Assembly (NCBI RefSeq): GCF_006345805.1
Contig: NC_042999.1
Coordinates: 117,924,001 to 117,988,000, forward strand
Origin: Octopus sinensis
Taxonomy: Eukaryota
Length of the DNA: 64,000 nt
Reading direction: 5' to 3'
The position numbers were made by a program, and so were the translations under genes. Below the pieces are notes generated by a model, which was not told where the DNA came from, made no database searches, and saw only the letters and a list, made by a program, of their open reading frames with translations. Of the stretch, positions 40,608 through 50,342 are shown piece by piece (within the stretch, counting starts at the first letter, position 1; each line of letters opens with the position of its first letter).

Positions 40608-42551
40608 TCCCACGGCGGAAATTTACCCAAGTGTGTTGTGAGTTATTTTTTGCATGTGAAACTTTGGAAAAAAACTGTTAAAAAAAATTGTCAAAAATTG
40701 AATCGCGCGAGGCGTTTGCCGCTGCGTGTTTGAACCTTTTATAGAAGGTGTGTCGACCCTCAAGTCATGGAGACTTACGCGGGGGTCGCCACAACAAAAA
40801 GTGACGAGTCACTTAGAATAAAAGAAGTGTTCTTTAGAAAAGAACAATTGAAGGAATACGAGAAGTTCGTCAAAAGGGAGGGTGACAGCGTGAAGCTGGT
40901 CCCGCCTGTGGAAACAATAGAAGAAAAAAATAACAAGACGATAACGTATAGAACGCAAGATAGAAACACGAGAAAACTGGTGAGAGTGACGATTGAAGAA
41001 ATAGAGAAATGTCTGGGGGACATCATGAAAAAAGCGACTTTTGTAGACAGAGGAAAGAAATATGGTACGGTGGAGGTGAGATGCGCAACAAGGAAAGAAG
41101 TGGCGGCCTCATTGGCTTCCACTGTCCTGAAAGCGGAAAATTTCACCATGTGGCCGACGTATAAAGGAAGACGAGGGGTACGGGTAAGAGTCCCAAAGGT
41201 GCCCCCAAATATTAAAACAGAAATGCTGGTAACAGCCATTATTGGGGCAGCAAAAGAGGAAGTAGAAATAGGGTCAATTAAGGAGACGAACGTTGTAAAT
41301 TGGAAGGGATTCGGAGTCGAGTTGTGGCTGATGGCCACAATTGAAGACATCGAAAGATTTCCCTTCCAAATAGAAATAGAAAACGAAAAAACAATTAGTG
41401 TAATAGTGGAAGGCAGAAAACCGAATTGCTACCTGTGCGGCTCAAGAGGGCACATAAAAAAGGAATGTCCGCTGTATGAATTCACAGCGGAGCAAAAAGA
41501 GACACAAAGTGGAGAGAAGGAAAACGAACACGAGGAAAGAACAGCGAAAACAAGGAAAAGGAAATAACGGAGAAACAACAAGAGAAGGGAAGTAACAGCG
41601 CACTGAAGGAAAATGAAAACAAAGGGAAGAAGATAGTAGAAAAGGAGCAAAATTCACAGGGTGCAGAAGTAGAGGAGAAGGAGCCAAGGCAGAAGCAAGA
41701 GAAAGAAAAGGAAAGTACATTAAAGGAAAGAGAAAAAGCAGGAAAAGAACAAGAGAAGGAACAGAACCAAGAGAAAGGAAAAGATGGTATGCAAAAAGGA
41801 AAAGAAACAACAGGAAAGGAACTTAAGGCACAGGGTAGAGAGACGGCAGACAAAGAGCCAAAAAGACAAGAGAAGGAAAAAGAAAGAAGAGAAAGCAAAA
41901 AGAGAGAAAGAGAGAAACCGAGGGAGGAGAAAAAAGAGGAAGTAAGTCCTAAGAGAAAAACTAGAGAAAACGCAGGTACGAATAGAAAATTCAAATACTA
42001 TGGAACGTTGATCCATCACAAACACTGTGAGGAGATGGAAAATTTAATAAGCGAAACAAACGGATATACGTGGGTCAGGATGGGCACCGAATGGAAAGAA
42101 ACAGGTGCACTCGTCCACGAGAACGACGCCGAGGCGTTCATCGAGGCAGCTGGCGAGAACGTGTTAAAACATATGAAATGCCGACTTCCAAGGTGGCCTC
42201 GAACGATGGAAATTTACTCAGATTTGGTAGACATAATGGAGTATATATAAAAGAAAAGGTATTATGAAAACTTTAATTTGGAAATGATAAAAGAACTTTA
42301 AATTCGGAAAAAAAAAAAAAAAAAAAAAAGAATGTTGAACTTTGTAAAACTTTTTGAAATGTATGTTGAAAATGTATAAAATGTTTTATTTGAAAATATT
42401 GTTGACGAATAAAAATAAATGACGAAATGTAACCGCTCGATTACGGGGATCGAGTGGGCATTGCACCACATTGTACAAACTTCATAATTCATTATTCATT
42501 TTCCCGATTGTATTGTCCCATCTATGTAGCCCCTAGTGGGTAATAATAAAA
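40608..42551 (+). mobile_element. ORF1-only non-autonomous retroelement, family B, unit 5
   Basis: Same architecture as family A with diverged sequence. Tail at 42506-42551. Confidence 0.85.
40767..42250 (+). CDS. Family B ORF1/Gag-like protein (one frameshift near 41532)
   Basis: METYAGV...CYLCGSRGHIKKECP...DLVDIMEYI*. Confidence 0.8.
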
Positions 42552-44488
42552 CACCACGGCGGAAATTTACCCAAGTGTGTTGTGAGTTATTTTTTGCATG
42601 TGAAACTCTGGAAAAAAACTGTTAAAAAAATTGTCAAAAATTGAATCGCGCGAGGCGTTTGCCGCTGCGTGTTTGAACCTTTTATAGAAGGTGTGTCGAC
42701 CCTCAAGTCATGGAGACTTACGCGGGGGTCGCCACAACAAAAAGTGACGAGTCACTTAGAATAAAAGAAGTGTTCTTTAGAAAAGAACAATTGAAGGAAT
42801 ACGAGAAGTTCGTCAAAAGGGAGGGTGACAGCGTGAAGCTGGTCCCGCCTGTGGAAACAATAGAAGAAAAAAATAACAAGACGATAACGTATAGAACGCA
42901 AGATAGAAACACGAGAAAACTGGTGAGAGTGACGATTGAAGAAATAGAGAAATGTCTGGGGGACATCATGAAAAAAGCGACTTTTGTAGACAGAGGAAAG
43001 AAATATGGTACGGTGGAGGTGAGATGCGCAACAAAGGAAGTGGCGGCCTCATTGGCTTCCACTGTCCTGAAAGCGGAAAATTTCACCATGTGGCCGACGT
43101 ATAAAGGAAGACGAGGGGTACGGGTAAGAGTCCCAAAGGTGCCCCCAAATATTAAAACAGAAATGCTGGTAACAGCCATTATTGGGGCAGCAAAAGAGGA
43201 AGTAGAAATAGGGTCAATTAAGGAGACGAACGTTGTAAATTGGAAGGGATTCGGAGTCGAGTTGTGGCTGATGGCCACAATTGAAGACATCGAAAGATTT
43301 CCCTTCCAAATAGAAATAGAAAACGAAAAAACAATTAGTGTAATAGTGGAAGGCAGAAAACCGAATTGCTACCTGTGCGGCTCAAGAGGGCACATAAAAA
43401 AGGAATGTCCGCTGTATGAATTCACAGCGGAGCAAAAAGAGACACAAAGTGGAGAGAAGGAAAACGAACACGAAGGAAAGAACAGCGAAAACAAGGAAAA
43501 GGAAATAACGGAGAAACAACAAGAGAAGGGAAGTAACAGCGCACTGAAGGAAAATGAAAACAAAGGGAGAAGATAGTAGAAAAGGAGCAAAATTCACAGG
43601 GTGCAGAAGTAGAGGAGAAGGAGCCAAGGCAGAAGCAAGAGAAAGAAAAGGAAAGTACATTAAAGGAAAGAGAAAAAGCAGGAAAAGAACAAGAGAAGGA
43701 ACAGAACCAAGAGAAAGGAAAAGATGGTATGCAAAAAGGAAAAGAAACAACAGGAAAGGAACTTAAGGCACAGGGTAGAGAGACGGCAGACAAAGAGCCA
43801 AAAAGACAAGAGAAGGAAAAAGAAAGAAGAGAAAGCAAAAAGAGAGAAAGAGAGAAACCGAGGGAGGAGAAAAAAGAGGAAGTAAGTCCTAAGAGAAAAA
43901 CTAGAGAAAACGCAGGTACGAATAGAAAATTCAAATACTATGGAACGTTGATCCATCACAAGCACTGTGAGGAGATGGAAAATTTAATAAGCGAAACAAA
44001 CGGATATACGTGGGTCAGGATGGGCACCGAATGGAAAGAAACAGGTGCACTCGTCCACGAGAACGACGCCGAGGCGTTCATCGAGGCAGCTGGCGAGAAC
44101 GTGTTAAAACATATGAAATGCCGACTTCCAAGGTGGCCTCGAACGATGGAAATTTACTCAGATTTGGTAGACATAATGGAGTATATATAAAAGAAAAGGT
44201 ATTGTGAAAACTTTAATTTGGAAATGATAAAAGAACTTTAAATTCGGAAAAAAAAAAAAAAAAAAGAAATGTTGAACTTTGTAAAACTTTTTGAAATGTA
44301 TGTTGAAAATGTATAAAATGTTTTATTTGAAAATATTGTTGACGAATAAAAATAAATGACGAAATGTAACCGCTCGACTACGGGGATCGAGTGGGCATTG
44401 CACCACATTGTACAAACTTCATAATTCATTATTCATTTTCCCGATTGTATTGTCCCATCTATGTAGCCCCTAGTGGGTAATAATAAAA
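42552..44488 (+). mobile_element. Family B unit 6
   Basis: Near-identical to unit 5 with a few substitutions. Confidence 0.85.
42710..44190 (+). CDS. Family B ORF1/Gag-like protein (one frameshift near 43568; consensus of units 5 and 6 ~493 aa)
   Basis: The 288-aa and 153-aa ORF-track pieces join when the base present in unit 5 is restored. Confidence 0.8.
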
Positions 44489-44723
44489 CACCACGGCGGA
44501 AATCAATTTTTTGCGTTATTAGTAAGTTGATATATAATTTTGCTCTCGTACTATTATCTCTGTTATTATATACTGTTGATCTACCTGTTTTTGTCTATTG
44601 TTGTCTAACGGACGAAGCCAGCCTTCGCGCGAAGACTTCGCGTTGGTGTTCCCCCCCTCAGTGGGGGAAAACTACAAGTAATTTGGATTTACCAAAGGCT
44701 TGTTATAAAGCCATTTGTTCAAG

Positions 44724-46094
44724 ATGGAGTCCCCCATCACTTATTCGCCCGTGACGAGCGAGGATGAATACCCGGCGTTGTCGCCAAGTAAAAAAGAGGC
44801 GTTGTCGCCAAGAAAAAAAGAGGCGCTGTCGCCGAAGAAAAAAGAGGCGGCGTCGCCCAAGAAAATGGAAAAACCAGTACCAGCATCAACTCCAGCAAAA
44901 AAATTCGCTGAAGTGGCTGGGAAAAAGATCAAAAAAATAAATATAGACAATTTTAAAAAATTTGCAGACTGCGTAAAAAAAGAAGGCACAGAAGTGACTG
45001 TGGCCACAAACATACAAATACATGACGATATAGAGAAAAAAAGAATAATATATAAAACTTACGACACAACGAAAAAAATGATCCAAAAAATCGAAGAAAA
45101 AAAAATAGAGTCTTGTCTAAAACCGTTTATGGACAAAATATAAACAGAGGAAAAAGATACGGCACAGTGGAGGTGCGTTTTACTACGGAGGATATAGCGA
45201 AGAAACTATCGATGGAGCCGATCAAAGCGGAAAACATTGTCTTACTACCATTGTATAAAGGAAAAAGGACGTCAAAAATTTCAATGAACAACATACCGCC
45301 AGAGGCTGATGCTGAATGTCTGGTGGCAGCAGTGATGGTAGGTCTGGAGGAAAAAATAAACATCCTCCAGGCCACAGTGGAGGAAGAGGATTTTTGGAAA
45401 GGCCAAAAAATAGTGATAGCCATTCAGGCGGAGGTGCAAACACTGGAAGAAATTCCAGAAACGGTAAAGATTAGTGAAGACGAGAAAATAACAGTGTTCG
45501 TGGAGGGCAGGAAACCGAGGTGCTTCGGCTGCGGCAAGAAGGGGCATGTAAGGGCGGAATGCCAACCCCAACCCAAACCGCAGGAAGCACCTAAGCCAAA
45601 AGAAAAAGAAGACAATGTGTCACCAGAAGCAGCGTCAGATGGCCCAGAAGGGAAGACTGAAGGTGTGGAGGTGACGGTGACAGCAGAACCAGCGGCGGGG
45701 AAAAAAAAAGAGCGAGGAAAAGATAAATGAGGAGGGGTGGAAAAAAATTATCGGAAAAAAAAAGAAAAACGGAAACCACCCCTCCCAGAGTAATTTTAAA
45801 AAAGAAAAAAGAGTCAATGAACTCATATATGGCCGTAAAGGCAGCAAATAGCAGACTCGGAAACGTGTTGGCAGCCATGGCCAAAGTGGAGAAAGTAGAG
45901 AAAAAAAACGACTTTGTAATTTACAGAATAGGCCGGAAGGATTACGGCGGATAAAGTCAGAATTCTTCCATGACGTAGGCCCACTTAGATTGGATGTGAC
46001 ATCTCCACATATATTCGAGGGCCTACGTCAGACTCCCCCACGAGGCCCAGAAAAAGAGTTAGAAGAACAAGAGAAAACCGAACCACTGATATAA
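44724..46094 (+). CDS. ORF1p nucleic-acid-binding protein (frameshifted)
   Basis: SPxK repeats, RGKRYGTVEVRF, VEGRKPRCFGCGKKGHVRAEC (CX2CX4HX4C). The 3' end is inferred across frameshifts. Confidence 0.8.
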
Positions 46095-46102
46095 GGTAAG
46101 TA

Positions 46103-49100
46103 ATGGATTACATTTATGTTGGTTGTTTGAATGTGCGCGGCCTGGGAGCAGACTGGAAGCAAGGTCGCTTCCTGCATGATATCAGGTCGCGTAATTTAGA
46201 TGTTATTGTTGCTACAGAAACCCGGTTAGAGGGGCCAAGAGGTCTACTCCCGCTGTTTGACGGCTACGAGAGTTTTTTATCTCCTGGCAGTCCTACAGGC
46301 GGGAGTGGGGTGTTGGTCCTATTAAAAAGAAACCGGGTTTCTGAGAAAAAGTTAATTTTTGCAGATCCAGAAGGTAGGCTGGTCGTCATGGATTTGACGT
46401 TCAGTAACGGTAAAGTTATCAGACTGGTTGCAATTTACGCACCCAACCATACAGGGCAAAGTGATTATTTTCGTGAACTAGAAAACTTTCTTGGTACTTC
46501 GCATTCATTAGTGGTGCTAGGAGACTTTAACACAATTTGCAAAGCGGATGTAGATTATGTTGGCTCGTGTCCAGATAGAAAAGGCAACAGTGGCTTCATG
46601 GAACTGCTAAGCCGCTTTGAGCTAGCAGATCCTTATAGGCTGGAATTTCCGAACGCTCCATTGTGGACATGGTCAAACAGCGACGGATCTTCCAGGTCAT
46701 ATTTAGATAGAATACTAATTAGAAAAGTAGACAGTAAAATAGCTAAGTGTCCACAGTTTTACCCGATCAGCTACAGTGATCATAAAATGGTCACTTGTAA
46801 GCTTGACATAGATAAGGTTAAAAATAGAGGATCCGGTTACTGGAAACTTAATACGTCCCTTTTGGCGATTAAGGAGTACAAAGACCGGATTAGGAATATA
46901 ATTCAGAGGGCACTATCTGGTACCATCATTATAACAAATGGTGGTACGCCCTCAAACGAGCCATCAAGTTTGAGTCTATTAGATATAGCATAGGAGTAGT
47001 GGCTAGAGAGGCTAGAAGGGAAACTACTCTAGTTAAGGAATTAGAGGAAGCCATGAAAACTGGCTCTGCGGCTCAGGTGGCGTCCAAGAGACTGGTGTTA
47101 AACCAGCACCTCGAGGCCAAACACATGGGCTGCATTGTCAGGGCTAGAATCCGTCATATGGGATGTGAAGGAATCAACGCCGTGAGATGGGCCCGAGTGG
47201 TGGAAGCTCAGCATGGTAACGATGCCACGATTCGATCTTTGACGAACCAACAAGGTGAGTTGATAAACGAACCCGAGGAGATGTGTGAGGCCTTTCAGGA
47301 GCACTTCGCTCAGCTTTTCGGTGAGTGCGGCGGACTGGATAGGAGGAGGGCCTTTACGGACCTACTCGACGGTCTGCCGCGCTTATCGGGGCGAGATGCG
47401 GAGGGCTGTGAAGGGCCAATCACGCCTGGGGAGGTGTTTGAGGCAATGGCGGACTGCGGCGCGGGCAAGGCGCCGGGTTTGGATGGTCTGCCCTATGAGT
47501 TATATAAGAGTATGCCAGACTTGTTCGGGCACCTACTGGCGGAGGTCTATGCGAACTGGCAGCAGAACGGGCTTATACCCAGATCTGTGCGCCGGGGAGT
47601 AGTGACTCTCGTCAGAAAGGACCCGAGCAAGGGGGAGTGCATTGATAATTTCAGGCCCATCACTCTGCTAAACACAGAGTTGAAGATTTTGGCCAAAGTG
47701 TTATCGAAAAGATTGGCGCGTGTCGCGGATGGTCTGATCGGAGAGGCACAGACATGTGCCGTTCCGGGCAGATCCATTCAGGATAATCTCCATCTAATGC
47801 GGTACACTATAGAGGGGTTTAATAGTGATTCTGGCAAGGGTGGGGCACTGGTCCATTTAGACCAATCTAAAGCTTTTGATAGGGTCGACCATCGTTACCT
47901 GGTGTCTGCCCTGGCACAGTTCGGGCTGAGCCTTGGCTTCCTCAGGTGGATTATCCAAATTTATGATAACATCGACTCGGTAGTTCGGGTGAACGGCTTC
48001 TTGTCGAAGCCGTTCAAAATCAAACGCTCGGTTCGTCAAGGGTGTCCGCTCTCCCCGCTTTTGTACGTGATGGCTCTTGAGCCATTACTGCGAAAACTGA
48101 GCGGCATCCCGAGACAGCCAGGTAATGGAAAATCAGTGTCAGCGTACGCGGATGACATCACCATCATCGTAACCGAAATGGACCACCTATGTAAAGTAGG
48201 CAAGGCCATAGAGGTTTACGAGACGGTGACAGGAGCAAAAGTTAATCGCGAAAAGTCAGTCGGCTTGCAACTCGGCACCTGGAGAGGCAAGTCGATGCCT
48301 CCTGACAGCGTCGTGGGACGTTGGACGGAGGGTCCGATTAAACTGCTAGGGGTCTGGTTCGGTCCAGACCTCCAAATAGAGAAGAATTGGGGCGAGGTAA
48401 CGAGCAAGGTGGCTGCAGTAGCCAAGACCTGGTCTTGGCGGTGGCTATCCCTGAAAGGGAGGGCGGAGGTGGCCATGTGTTTATCGCATCGGTTATCACC
48501 TACCGCCTTTCCGTCGTTCCTTGCCCTGATTCGTGGTTGATCAAGTTGGAAAGACAGCTCTTCTACTTCTTGTGGAAGGGCGGGAAACCACTTGTGAAAC
48601 GCTCTACTTGCTGTCAACAACCGTTAAAGGGTGGGCTAGGGATGCCTTGGCTGATGATGCGCAGACATGCGCTGAGGTTAAGACATCTGTGGCTCTACCT
48701 GGATGGTGAACGGGTGTGGTCTTCGCTAGCAAAACTGATGTTTCCCAAGTTCACTAGTTTCGGTGGATGGGAAACCTGGCTGAATCGTAGATCGAAACTT
48801 GGTACTTGGTACACGGAGTGTCGCAAGGCTCTCCTGCTATTCCGTCGCTCGGGCAACGCCTGCGGTGGGGGTTCCACCACATTCCTCTATAGAGGGTTGG
48901 TAGAGGCGGAATGTGAAGATACCTTGGGGGAAACCCTAGGTCTCGACGATAATCAGCTGGCCAGTCTGTTCCGACGTACGTTCGAGCCGAGGACACTGGA
49001 CAACTTCCAGAAGTCCCTGGCATGGCAATGCTACAGAGGAGCTCTACCTGTTCGGGATAAACTCGCAAGGCACGGTGGCCAAGACAGTCCGATATGTCCA

Positions 49101-49496
49101 AGATGCGGGCGGGATAGGGAAACCGTCCCGCACGCGATTGTTCATTGTCCGGACGTGTCTGAGGTGTGGGTTTATGCCGAACACCTGTTGTCAGGTACAC
49201 GAAGAGTACAGCTGTCGACTGAGTCGATTACAAAAATTGACCCACCGGATTTCCTCGTGAATGAAGGTAAGTTTCGTTTTCTCGTTGTAGTAGCAATTGC
49301 GAAAGAGGTGATATGGAAGACGAGAATGAAAGGTTTACAGTCAGGCAAGTTCATCTCCGGCCCTGGTTTGATGAACTATTTCATCTTTCACCTGAAAAGG
49401 AAGATAGGGCTGGAATGAATATGCCTGACTAGGAGAGTGTATGAAGAACGATGGAAGGATGTAGCACGAAAGTTGCGAGTGAAAGATACAACATAA
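46103..49496 (+). CDS. ORF2p: APE endonuclease, reverse transcriptase, C-terminal zinc finger (two frameshifts; in-frame TGA at 49416)
   Basis: LNVRGL, ETRL, GDFN, YLDRI, SDH (APE). PGLDG, FRPITLLN, DQSKAFD, RQGCPLSP, YADD (RT). CPRC...ETVPHAIVHC (Zn finger). Confidence 0.93.
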
Positions 49497-50239
49497 ATGT
49501 AATACCAAGTGCAACCAAAAGTATCAGTGGGGAGGCGGGGCTCGTGGGGTCCGAGCTAAACCCGCACCCACTCCACCCGTAACGTCTTCCGGTCTGTCCC
49601 ATCATTCGATTTCTGTCCATTTATTGTAATTCATGAAAATTTTTAAAATTCGATTTAGTGTAAAAACCCATTCGTTTGTCTGACCCAGATTGTATTGTCC
49701 CATCTATGTTCGCCCCTTGTGGGTAATAATAAAATCACATGGAGGAAAGCACCTTCGAAAAGTGTCTTGGTGTGACCATGAAAGATATCTAATCAGAGGT
49801 GGTAAATTCGCCACAATAGAAGCAAGGTTCGAGTCAACGGAGCGTACAAGGGAGTACTCGACTCGAACTTGCAAAGTGGAAATATTTTATATCTGGGACG
49901 TAGGACGTCCCGGAAAAAGTTAAATATGCCCCCCTCCCGAAGTAGATGTAGGCTGGATTGTAGCCACATTTCTATACAAGAGGGAGGACAAGATACAATT
50001 GATTGTAATTACAAGAGACGGGCTAACAATTCCAGTCCGTTATATATTTTGAGTATTGTTATCACTAGCGATATCAAGATATAACTTTGTATTTTGTATT
50101 TTATGTGTAGATGTATATATATAGATGTACATGTAATATGTACACATATATATACACACATTTATACATGCACTAGCACTATGACCCGGCAACGACGGGT
50201 CTTTAATGCTAGTAATGTAATATTTGTAGCACTATTTAA

Positions 50240-50341
50240 GGTGGTGAACTGGCAGAATCGTTAGCGCGCCGAGCGAACTGCTTTGCGTTATTTCGTCCGT
50301 TTTTACGTTGTGAGTTCATATTCCGCCGAGATTGACTTTGC
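50240..50341 (+). mobile_element. 5' half of SINE family 2
   Basis: GGTGGTGAACTGGCAGAATCGTTAGC...GAGTTCATATTCCGCCGAG. Confidence 0.75.
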
Positions 50342-50342
50342 A

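Larger units (their letters stand above)
44489..49734 (+). mobile_element. Full-length L1-superfamily (Tx1-clade-like) non-LTR retrotransposon, unit 7
   Basis: 5' UTR, ORF1 with CCHC, ORF2 APE-RT-Zn finger, 3' UTR ending in the shared tail. Confidence 0.92.
32878..50212 (+). mobile_element. Non-autonomous Helitron (~1 kb of its own sequence: 32878-33418 plus 49735-50212) interrupted by the retrotransposon array
   Basis: 5' A|TCTTTATATATATAAAA with a (CTGT)n tract. 3' hairpin GACCCG-gcaacga-CGGGTC (50183-50201), then CTAG|T. Inserted between A and T with no TSD. Confidence 0.75.

Noticed and set aside
40775-43290. ~190-aa antisense ORFs in family B units
   Set aside because: Shadows of the sense ORF1 codon bias, not preserved at that length in family A
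33552-44190. Tandem host gene family of zinc-knuckle proteins
   Set aside because: The ORFs are intronless, homologous to the adjacent ORF1, and bounded by the retroelement tail and junction motif
33552-49496. Programmed frameshifting in the array ORFs
   Set aside because: Indels fall at different positions in each copy, mostly in homopolymers, which fits read error or decay
33419-49748. CRISPR-like or LTR-retrotransposon reading of the repeated junctions
   Set aside because: Eukaryotic context and kb-long coding units. No cas genes, PBS/PPT, TG...CA ends, protease or integrase. ORF2 is APE-RT
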